A stretch of DNA of 64,000 bases from Eledone cirrhosa. Taxonomy: Eukaryota. Under the pieces are notes generated by a model. That model was not told where the DNA came from. It was given only the letters and a program-made list of their open reading frames with translations, and made no database searches. The stretch spans positions 27,962,001 through 28,026,000 of the forward strand of contig OZ024755.1 in NCBI GenBank assembly GCA_964016885.1, given 5' to 3'. The translations under genes and the position numbers were made by a program. Shown piece by piece: positions 52,326 through 64,000 of this stretch. The number at the start of each line of letters is the position of its first letter. Positions within the stretch are counted from its first letter, which is position 1.

Positions 52326-52810
52326 AAAGCTAAGGATCTGGAGACATACAGTCATAAATTACAAATACAACGGAGGTAATCGATGATTTGTTTATGAATC
52401 AGAACCTGGCATTGTAGAAATATTTAAAATATGAAATAATAGAGATCATGAAATGGGTTTCCGAACATTTAAATATTTTTTGAATATGTTAATATATAGA
52501 AATAATCATTACAAATATTATTTCAAATCGTGATGGCCTGAAGTGTTTTCAAATTTTATAATAATATATTTGCCCTCCTGGTCATATATTTGTAGAATGT
52601 GGCAAATAACGATTTGTTTTAAACATATATCAGAGTATCTATGCTATTATGATGCGTGTTTATAGTAGTAATAAAATCTAACAATGTTTAATGCGAAAGT
52701 CAAATTAAGGTGATTGACTGTTTAGAGATAACACTTTATATTCTGGCGATTAATCTCTAGTTATATTTTATAGTATCCTATAATATTAAAAGAAAATCGT
52801 TAACGTGACA

Positions 52811-52995
52811 TTGTTTCCACTTTTGGCACAAGGCCAGCAATTATCTCAGTACGTTACTGGTGCTTTATTTTATCGAACGCGTAAGTACGAAATGTAAAGT
52901 TAATCTCGGCGGGATTTTAACTCAGGCCGTTAAGGGACGTAACTCTATGCTTCAAAGCATGGCCTCCGATGCTCTACCGATACTGCCAATCCACT
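52811..52995 (-). mobile_element. SINE family 1, diverged
   Basis: Core and head recognisable. Confidence 0.83.
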
Positions 52996-53894
52996 AAAAA
53001 CATATAACTAACAGCTAAACAGGGAATTGTATGTAAAAGTCGATCAGAAAAATTTCGTTACGCACTTATTAATAGTATATTTATAAGCTATGGTTCTCTG
53101 TTAAACAATTATGTATAGTATATTGCCGAACTATATTTAAGATCTGTGATATAATTGTATACAAATAAAAATGATCTATATAAAGTCTTGGCTGAAATAT
53201 AGAGAAATATTCTGTAGTGCAATATGTTTAATTATACAAATTATACAAGAAAAGAAAATTAAGTGCTCACAAAAAAATTCCACCTGCGTATCCAGACACA
53301 AATGAAGATTGCATTATAATTAGAAACACTTTTCTTATCTTTGTTTTTCAAACTTTCAATTTGCCTCTGCATTTGCAAGCGCCGATTTATTTGATTTTGT
53401 CTTCCATTCGGTATAGAAAATATGTAAATGTATCCAGTTTTCTGTACCAGGGGACTAGATAATTGTAACATTTTAATCATTTGAAAGTCAATATTTGATT
53501 AGAGATTATTTTCAGTCAGTTTTGTGTTTAATTAACATGACAATTGTTATAATATAAAATGTTCATTTCACTTGCTGGACAAACCTTACCCGAAATTACA
53601 GTTAAACTTGATAACAGTTTATCACAGAATAGTCATTTTCAAATTTGTTTTTATGCGTCACGATTCAGTAATATATACAATATATGTTTTAACAAACTTG
53701 GACATATATCAGTGTGGGAGTGGAAGTACTCTGATTTACATATTGAATATTTCACTAGATAGAAAAGTCTTTAAATTACACCATGTAACAACAATTTCAC
53801 TCTATTTGTCTTTGGTCAATAAGTGCTTTTTCCTGCTTTCTTCTGCCTAGAAAACACGTGAAAAGACTATTATTCTCCTCTATCTTTGCTTTTC

Positions 53895-54704
53895 TGACTT
53901 TGACAGCCAATAGTTGATCCTCGGAATGTATTCTGTCTACTATTACACTTAAAATTGGTCCTTATGAAACAGTTTGTCACAACTCTAGATAAGGAGTCAA
54001 CAGTCTTCATATACCTTCGAGACTTCTCGCTTAAGCTGTCTGAGGCAAATGTGAAAGCCGGTGTCTTCGTCGGACCACAAATGTTGAAGATCATGGAGTG
54101 CAAGGAATTCCCCAACAAGCTCAATAAGTCAGAGCAGGCAGCGTGAAACAACTTTGTTGCAGTGATTCGGGGCTCTTCGGACAATCACAAGGTCGAAAAT
54201 TATGTGTAGCTTGTTGAGATCCTGGCGAAGAACTTCAACAAAATGGGTTTCAGGATGTCCCTTAAAGTACATATCCTTGACTCTCATTTCGATAAATTCA
54301 AGGGGAACATGGGAGCATACTCTGAAGAGCAATGCGAGTACTTCCACCAGGGTATACTTAACTTTGAATGTCACTACCAAGGATCATATAATGAATACAT
54401 GATGGGAGACAATATATCGGCGCTGATTCGTGAAAGCAATTTGCACCTTAAGCGTAAATCCCGAAAACGCGCTGGCTTCTAACTTTTTTGCATAATAAAT
54501 AAAAACTACTTTTTGAATCATATGTCATTTTATTCCAACTTTGCTTGAACGATATTGTTCACATTTGGCAGTTTTCTCAATAGGATTAGTCGTGGCCATA
54601 AAAGCAAGGTTTTAGGAAATATTAGCAATTTTTCATGCTGTCTAGGCATAAGCAAATAGAAAATACTAGTTGTTACCCAAGGACAAAGATGTTGTTACAC
54701 AGTG
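53895..54704 (+). pseudogene. Chapaev3-type (CMC superfamily) transposase 3' remnant with terminal inverted repeat
   Basis: LLHLKLVLMKQFV...AGVFVGPQ...MSLKVHILDSH...GAYSEEQCEYFHQ...YQG...MMGD with internal stops. The end TTGTTACACAGTG is the reverse complement of CACTGTGTAACAA. Confidence 0.78.
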
Positions 54705-54795
54705 TTGTATGAATCCGTCAAAATATCTATTAGATTAATATATAAGAATATATGTTTACGTGGCATGTATCAAACAGATGTCTTATCTAATGTAG

Positions 54796-55070
54796 AGGCG
54801 CGTGCCGTAATGGTAAGGGTGTTGGACTTACGATATTAATGTCGTGGGTTTCGGCTGAGTTGCATGTTGTATTCTTGAGCAAAACGCCTAATTTTACATC
54901 GCTCCAGTATACTCAGTTGAAAATAGATACAAGCATCGGCCGGGGGTTTAACCCTGCGGTGGACTGGCGTCGTGTCCAATGGGGAGTTTTGTATACTCAG
55001 TCGCTTAACTTCACTAAACCAGGATAAACGTCGATCTAACGAGCTTCTGGCTTGAGACAGACTTTAGACT
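54796..55070 (+). mobile_element. CORE-type SINE (family 2)
   Basis: Homologous to 4058-4345. Confidence 0.8.
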
Positions 55071-56608
55071 TATCTAATGAGTTATTTATTCTTCCCGCCT
55101 CATCGTCCAGAGTTCTATGGCGCTATAGATTGGTACTGTGGTCATTTCTTTGTTCAATGTGACATTGATTAAACATGTTTCCTTTTTAAACAGGAATGAT
55201 TTTTAAGATATTTATGGGACACGAAGTCAGCACTTACTTTTATGATGTTAGTGAAGATGATGGTGATGATGATTATTATTATTAGTATTATGATTAAACA
55301 ACGTGAAGAATATACTTCCATTATAGAATAGTCATGTTCCAAGCATTGTAATTAGAGAATAAATAATATTTTCGGCATTTTCATTTCTGATTTTTCCTCT
55401 AGTTTCATGAATATCTAACAAAATTATGTAATAAAAAATATATATTGATTGTAGAAATTCCTTGAAATTAATATTTGATGAAATTAATATAAACACACTA
55501 ACCAGAGGAAATGCATTATAGTATTAGCTTTGGCAATATAAAAACATTCATTGAATTCAGTATCATTAAATTAAATTAATATCTTATGTCCACAAACCTA
55601 TAAATCTTATCGACCTAGAAGTATATTACAACTGAATATTATATGTCACAATGTTGATTACAGTGAAGCAAAACGATAAGCAAATTACATACTCCACTGG
55701 TGTTTGAAGTTGATAGAAGACGTTAAAGTCTTTTGACTATTTAATTTCAAAACCAATTTTATAATATTCGTTTTTCTTTATGGGTTTCTCAACATAGGAC
55801 ATAATACACGAGAGAAACGAACGCAGTTTGAGGGTGATTTTTTTTTTAAAGCGAAGTAAACTTACTAAGAAAGAAATAATGTGTTTTTAAATTACAATTC
55901 ACATTTGATGTTTGAAAAGGAGATTAATACATAAGTCGTTTAAAACGTTATCAGTAATAACTGACGTAATGTACAATTAATGATGATGACGGGTATTCTG
56001 TTGATATTAAAGATGTTTATAATGAAGAAATCCTATATTTGTGATCATATGTAAAGAGATGATTAATATTGATAGTAACGTTTACGAAAGTAATGAAAGT
56101 TTATTCACATATCCAGGCAGGTATAGACAAAAGCACGCCCACACACACGCACACGCACGCACATGTTTGTTTATTAAACATATCGTATATCTATAGATAT
56201 ACGAAATTCACATACATGTATGTATACAGCTAAGCCGAAGATACATTTTAATTCTACTTTTAAGTTGAGCCAACTCATGCAGCGTCGCATGCAAATAAGG
56301 GTAATCAGCCCACCTACACAGGCGAAGAAACTATATGTATGTTTGCCTGTTTCAAATTCCAGAAGAGAGCAAGACAATACATGTCCTCATGAGAGCCACA
56401 GCTCGAAATACATAGACAGTCATCCCCCGCTGCTTCTGCTGGAATCCGCCAGACCACGTGGGCCTCAGCCTTTCAATATTCATAGCTGCGCTTTCAAAAT
56501 GTTTATTTATTAAACATACCGCCGTATATATTTCAACATACGAAATTCACATACATGTATGTATACAACCATGCCGAAGTTAAATTAAAATTATATTTAC
56601 GCGCGCGC

Positions 56609-56690
<82 letters not shown>

Positions 56691-57091
56691 TCCCGTAACT
56701 CTTGAGGGAGTCGAACGGGCGTTGTGTATACCTACGGTGTTATTAATTAAACACCTGGTGGAGCCCAAATTTCTCCACGACTGAATACAGCAGATATCTT
56801 CCAGAGAAGGATTAAGAGAATGAAAGTGAGAAAGCGATATATAAGAAGAATCGACGCCATTACTAAAACGGTACATTCTATCCACTTCGAATGGATGACC
56901 TACAAAGTTGATCTCGGTGGTATTTTAATTCAGAGAGCCGGAATTAATACTGGAAACCATTCTATTCGACGTTTTCATGACACTGCTAATTTGGCTATAC
57001 ACTTCGTTTTTGAATTTGTGAAAGCCAACAGGGGCGTGTGTTTTTATTGGGAGCATGACCGCCTCCACAAAAATAGTATAATAATAATAAG

Positions 57092-57258
57092 ATGTGGTAA
57101 GATACCAGGTGGACCATAACGCACCAGAGTACTTAATACTTACGGTAGTGCAGTGGGTAATAGGAAAAAAGTCAGAACCCCAACGGCTGAGCTCCGGCCG
57201 TTTCGGATCTAGCTGTCGAAACGGCCGGAGCTCAGCCGTCGGGGTTCTGACTTTTTTC
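57092..57258 (-). mobile_element. Family A2 foldback element
   Basis: Family A-like tail with arms GAAAAAAGTCAGAACCCC...GGCCGTTTCG and CGAAACGGCC...GGGGTTCTGACTTTTTTC. Confidence 0.82.
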
Positions 57259-57280
57259 ATATATATATATATATATATAT

Positions 57281-57629
57281 ATAGTGAAAGAGTGAAGAAA
57301 AAAACTGTTTTTCCGATGATTTGATTAGGCATACATTGTATTTTAAATTGAGTGACACAACTTCAAGTGATTAGCAATTTTTAGACAACCTAATCAATGA
57401 AACAATTGTTAATACTGTAAATAAAACCCTTTTTGTACTGTCGACCATGTTATTCTTCACTCTTTCACTATTATTACTCCAAGATTAACCTGCAGAGGAA
57501 TTCCTGAGAACTCGCAACCTAACTAAGGAAACCTCTTGTTGAGTCAAACAACGATGTACTTTAAAACTATCCACAATACAGAGTATTCACAACCTCTAAC
57601 TGGATCACCTATAATGATAATTTGTTATC

Positions 57630-57632
<3 letters not shown>
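57281..57632 (+). mobile_element. Family T element with short inverted arm and variant long-stem-II hammerhead (57313-57415); relatives at about 39860-39963 and 63026-63290
   Basis: ATAGTGAAAGAGTGAAGAA pairs with TTCTTCACTCTTTCACTAT. The ribozyme reads CCGAUGA U UUGAUUAGG...CCUAAUCAA U GAAA CAAUUG UU. Confidence 0.65.
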
Positions 57633-57664
<32 letters not shown>

Positions 57665-57667
<3 letters not shown>

Positions 57668-58115
57668 AGTTTATGTTGGTTGTATACCAACACCTCAGTA
57701 TGCAGGCTGGAGCACTCGACGACGTGCGCAGGTTGGTTTGGTTACTCCGGAGTAGTGTAAAATAAAGTTAAATAAAAGTCAAATGATTAAAATTTAGCTT
57801 CGTTTATTGCTGCTATATATATTTCAGTGACAGCCATCTTTGGCTGTGACCTCTTCAGGCAGTTTGAATTAGTATGGTATAGACAAGTACATATGACTCC
57901 AGTTCCCCAGTGAATTAACAACCCAACAAGGAACTGGGCATATCAGAGTATTGACAATATCATACACCTAAACAACATATGTACTTGTCTATACCATACT
58001 AATTCAAACTGCCTGAAGAGGTCACAGCCAAAGATGGCTGTCACTGAAATATATATATAGCAGTAATAAACGAAGCTAAATTTTAATCATTTGACTTTTA
58101 TTTAACTTTATTTTA
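57665..58115 (-). mobile_element. Family I foldback element (~138-bp arms, 80-nt loop) plus tail
   Basis: Arms 57758-57895 and 57976-58115, tail 57665-57757, (TA)n on both sides. Confidence 0.88.
58008..58064 (+). ncRNA. Type I hammerhead (family I); mirror copy at 57810-57862 (-)
   Basis: ACUGC CUGAAGA GGUC-ACAGCCA AAGA UGGCUGU-CACU GAAA UAUAUA(UA) UA GCAGU. Confidence 0.82.
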
Positions 58116-58238
58116 TATATATATATATATGGCATAGTTAGGTGTTAAATAATATGTAAGTCCCGTTTAATTGGGTTTAACCATAGTAAATAAGTTATTC
58201 AATCCATTAGTAGTGTGTGAACATGATTATTTAATATA

Positions 58239-58430
58239 GGCGGTGGATTGGCAGTATTGGGAGAGGGTCGGACGCCATGCTTTGACGTATAGAGTTACGG
58301 CCCTTGCCATTCTGAGTTCAAATCCCGCCGAGGTTAACTTTGCCTTTCATCCTTACGGGGTCGATAAAATAAAGTACCAGTAATGCACTGGGTATTTGCT
58401 GGCCTTGTGCCTAACGTAGAAACAATTATT
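58239..58430 (+). mobile_element. SINE family 1 with TSD, inserted into an old family E-like element
   Basis: ATTATTTAATATAG at 58226-58239 and 58425-58438. The downstream GACTAGAACTGTTTCATT matches family E. Confidence 0.9.
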
Positions 58431-60059
58431 TAATATAGAAATAGCTTCTATATGACTAGAACTGTTTCATTAGGAAGTCGAATACCATAACCACAAAGGC
58501 AGGCCCCTTCAAGGGTTAAATAACCGCTTATATAACAAACTTGAATATTTTCTTGAATTCTTGTAAGAGACAACAGACAAAAATGATGGCAGGTTGTAAA
58601 GAAAATAAATCAAGATCTAACAATAACATTAAGAAGAATAGAAGGCCTCTTTGTCAAATATGGAAGTCGGTAATCACGAAACTTGAATAATCTGGTATAT
58701 AGCAAGCAAAGTTTAATTTTATTACGCTCATCGATAACGCAGACCTATTGGATTGATTTGATTGACATATTTAGATTAATTTGTATAATTCTTACCGACC
58801 ATATATGATAAGATGTGTATGTCGAGAATATATAAGAGCTCTTTATTATGTAGTTCCTCGCTAAAAGCATGAATGTTATATAATGAATCAATAGGTGTAA
58901 ACGTGACTAGAATAAAGCGTTGTTTCAAGATAACAACAAGAGCCAGAAATAATCTTAAGTAATGCATATTCTTTGGAACGCCACAATAATAAATATAGAT
59001 TTAATAGTAACCAAATGCAGCTCTTAATGCGAAAAAAATATGGATATAAAATAAGATACACATTTTTGTTGTAAGTGTAGCGTACTTTACATGATTGTAT
59101 ATTTTCTTTATTATGTGTCTCAACCCGCTGGTTGCATATTCAATGCTATTTAAGATGGCGAGCATTTCAGTTATTGGCTATTCAAATTAGTATGGATTTC
59201 AGAAGTAAAAGGTCTCTTGCAACAATGTATTTGCTTTGATAAACATGTTTGAGTTGGTCTAAATTATTAGAGACGCATAAACAATTCCCCAGGTCTATTA
59301 TAGATGTATTTCGATAAGCAAAACATTTTATTGAAGGACTTTGTCAGACCCTGTGTATTCTATAATGTAAAATAATATACTGACATCTGGCAAATCGCTG
59401 ATGCTTTTTAGAACCATATGTGGGTATGTTAATTTCTTCTATTCGAAATTGATATATAATGTCTAATATAATTCTAATTTTGTTTGAACTTATTCTGTAA
59501 TGGTAGGAATACATATTAAATGTATGATAATCTATAAGCTTGTCCTGTGTCATCCACCGTATATAATTAAATACATTACTGTATTCAGCTACTTGACACT
59601 TCAGATTCTCTTATAAAGACGTGGAGTTGTGGATAGAAAGTGAATTAGATATTAATTAAGAGGAGAAGTCAATAAACCTTGAGTCAATCTTATAAATACG
59701 ATATACATTAAAAAAGCAAATTACAAATATTAAATCTTAATTAGATTTAAATTATACAAATGAATAATGTGTAAGATTAGTTTGTCTCTAGCAAATCACG
59801 TAGGACTCAATACAAACAATTCTCTTTCAAAATAATCATGAATAATTAATTAGACATTCTTCCTGGAAATGTAAGACCGTTTGTAAAAGCGATAGATTGC
59901 ACTTTATGAATATACTTTTATATATATTCAAATTTTTCAATTGACAGAATTTGGACGAATTCTAATTGCTGATAGCTTTATTGTATTTGTTTTAAAATAT
60001 AACTTTCATTAACTCTATCCTGAAATTGTCAGAAGTATGTCTTCTGAGGTTTCATTAAA

Positions 60060-60247
60060 ATAATTTTCTACTTTTGGCAAAAGGCAATTATCCCAGTGCA
60101 TTACTGGTACTTTATTTTATCGACCTCGTAACAATGAAAGTCAAAGTTAACCCCAGCTGGATTTGAACTCAGACCACAAAGGGGCGTAAATCTATGCTAC
60201 AAAGCATGGCATCCGACCCTCCACCGATACTACCAATCCACCGCCCT
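60060..60247 (-). mobile_element. SINE family 1
   Basis: Core and head recognisable. Confidence 0.85.
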
Positions 60248-60267
60248 TGTTTCATTGAAAAAAAATA

Positions 60268-60690
60268 TTCCCTAGCTGGCTTTCCATCTCAACTGGAGCC
60301 AGCTGGCCTAGACTGCGGAAATGACAAGCGCCCCGACGGAATTACCCTCTTCCCATTCGAAGGAGGTAGATCCCTCATCTGGGACGCCAGGTGCTGCGAC
60401 ACGTTCTCCGCCTCCAACTTAGTCTCTTCGGCCACAAACCCCGTCATCGCAGCCCGTCGCAGAAGAACGTAAAATAAGCAAATACCGGGGTTTGTCTAGC
60501 CGTTTCCTCTTCGCACCGGTCTCTGTCGAGACCTCAGGCGTACTTGGACCCCGCACCGCCGAGCTCCTCTACAAGATCCTAGCGTCCGCGTCCTGTCCCG
60601 AGGAGGGAGCCCCGCAAAGTTCGGTGGCTGTTGCAGCGGGTGTCACTGGCCATCGTCCACGGAAATGCTTTTGCCGTCTTGTCAGCGAGG
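60268..60690 (+). pseudogene. CRE-clade non-LTR retrotransposon restriction-like endonuclease 3' fragment
   Basis: AGFPSQLEPAGLD..NDKRPDGITLFPFEGGRSLIWDA.CCDT / FAPVSVETSGVLGP / LLQRVSLAIVHGNA, with frameshifts. Confidence 0.8.
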
Positions 60691-61681
60691 CGCAGCACTT
60701 CTGCCCTCTTGCCCTAGGCCCAAACCCAACCACCCTCCCCTTTCAGCCCCCTCTCTATTCTACTCTGCTAGAGTTCTTTCCATTTTCTCCCCTTTCCGTT
60801 CTTTTTTCTATATATTTTGCGATACTTTTTTTCTTGTTTCCTTTTCTTTTTTATTAGTATTGTTGTTATTGTTGTCATTATGATTATAAGACAAATAAGA
60901 AAGATTGTCTATTCTTACCTTCAAAGATAACGTTGTCTGATAGATTTAAAACGTTTAAATAAACTATGAATATTAAACAAATATTTATTCAAATACTACG
61001 GCTTAAATATATTGAAGACTTTATTGATAATGAAATAATTTTGGAATGAAATTTGAAGCCTATGTTTGGGCAGTATGAGTTATGTTGACACAAAAAGAAA
61101 TGTGTTCAGTTTAGGGATAGATAAATAATCGTGAATATTTATACTAAAAAATAAGCCAGTATGAGAAGAAAAAAATTGAAGAAACCAAAAATTCCTTTAA
61201 AAAAAGTGTGATTATATTTAATATTGTGTTTATAACTTTAGAAAATATGTTTAGAAATATTTTACAGATTCAATGTCCCAAAAGGTTTCTTTTCAGATAT
61301 AGAAATAATTCCTAAATTTTCAGAGAATACTTCTTGTATTCTGTCATTTGATACTCTTCTCATCAGCTAAATACACTGGCAGATATCTACTCGCATGAAT
61401 GGTAAACAGATACACGCGGTGAATATTGGCTTCCTACTGCTTATATATATTTTAGAAGCTATTTATTTATAATATAACTTTGATAAGCATATGCATGTAT
61501 TTTAGTATGTCTGTTTTATCCGTATATAATTATGCATATGTCTGTCTGTATGTATGTATATATATATCTATCTATCCATCTATTTATCTATCACCATTCA
61601 TACATAGATACATACATAATACGTACATACAGTACATACATACACGATGTATATAATATATAAATATGCGTGTGTGTCTTA

Positions 61682-62665
<984 letters not shown>

Positions 62666-62865
62666 NNNNNNNNNNNNNNNNNNNNNNNNNNNNNNNNNNN
62701 NNNNNNNNNNNNNNNNNNNNNNNNNNNNNNNNNNNNNNNNNNNNNNNNNNNNNNNNNNNNNNNNNNNNNNNNNNNNNNNNNNNNNNNNNNNNNNNNNNNN
62801 NNNNNNNNNNNNNNNNNNNNNNNNNNNNNNNNNNNNNNNNNNNNNNNNNNNNNNNNNNNNNNNNN
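62666..62865. other. Assembly gap (200 N)
   Basis: Run of N. Confidence 0.99.
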
Positions 62866-63298
62866 CTGATTTTGTGCGAATATCTTCTGTACCTTGTTAT
62901 ATTTAACACATTCTAAGAATGTGGTAATCTGTAGTCTCCACTCATTGGTTCGTTAATCCTCATGAAATCGATTTACAAAATACCGTTTATCCCTCATCCG
63001 GTCAAGTTGTCTTATGCATTCATTACTGAAGAATAACGCGGATGAGCTATACATTAGAATTTATTCTTAATAAACGCTACTCTATAGCTGATCCATGTTA
63101 TTCTTCACTCCTTTATTATTAATACCCCAGGAACCGCTTACTTAGGGACTGTTTGGAATCGGCCACCCGAGTACCACAACTAAGTAACATTTTGTCGAGT
63201 CAAACCACGCCAAACGTTATAATCATCCACGGTACAGATTGCTCATAACCTCTACTTGGATTACCTTAAATGATACCTCATTTACTTAAACACACACA

Positions 63299-63389
<91 letters not shown>

Positions 63390-64000
63390 GGTGGCTGCCA
63401 ACTCGTTTTCGAGTACGGCCACTACTTTATATCCATGTAGGAGAACCCCTACCGATGCGCTGAACGAGTGTGACTTTTTAGTTCAGCCAGCGACTTGACA
63501 ACTCTGGTACAAACACTACACCTGTTACAATTATTGACACATAGTGCTGGGCCCATGGTACCGTGTGACGACAAGTGCAGAGAGATCTCCAGATATAAAG
63601 CAATGCCTGTGCCGTGAAGCTTTTATAGTGAGCAAAGGCACTGCACAAAGCCAGTCCCACTCTCTTAACCAAGATGATATTTACCAAAAAGAAGAACAAG
63701 TCAACATCATTGGATACCACCAGCGTTGCAGGTATACATACATATATGCATACACACACACAATAGTATGGAGTATTGTAATTATCTATATATACACTTC
63801 AAGCCCCAAACCTATAAAAACAAGGGCTTGATATGTTGCTATTTATTAAAAGTCTTCGTATATACATACTTATACTACCCCAAATCCTTATATTTTAAAG
63901 CAGAGGCTTGATAATTTTTAGTTATTGCGTCGTTTTTAGTTACGAAGATGTAATTTACGAATAGTTTTTCATGTGAAATAATTGCAATCACAATAATGCA

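Noticed and set aside
63026-63060. CTGAAGA as a hammerhead core
   Set aside because: There is no matching stem II-GAAA. The sequence is the decayed inverted arm of TGATCCATGTTATTCTTC.

Overview
AT-rich, microsatellite-dense eukaryotic DNA with no host gene I can support. The SINE content looks like that of an octopus or other coleoid cephalopod (inference). Most ORFs in the track are simple-repeat artefacts. The coding remnants are all from transposable elements: a nearly intact hATm-type transposase (12.5-14.4 kb, -), a Chapaev3-type transposase 3' end with TIR, RTE, CRE and R4/Dong LINE fragments, a Helitron helicase relic, and a Penelope-like (PLE) GIY-YIG endonuclease. About 25 tRNA-derived SINE copies or fragments are present. 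The main signal is a dense population of short elements from more than 12 unrelated families, nearly all embedded in (TA)n tracts. About 19 carry hand-foldable type I hammerhead ribozymes (stem I-CUGANGA-stem II-GAAA-stem III-NUH-stem I), and about 6 more carry variant cores. Many elements are near-perfect foldback hairpins with arms of 45-170 bp plus a one-sided tail. The two arms share copy-specific variants, and the turning point differs between copies but often lies at or near the ribozyme. This fits PLE pseudo-LTR ends being inverted afresh at each insertion into TA microsatellites. Notable details: ribozymes with a conserved ~60-nt stem II insert, family-specific palindromic stem III, compensatory stem II changes, and an in-frame TGA at a probable Cys position of the PLE endonuclease (possible selenocysteine). 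All folding and translation was done by eye.
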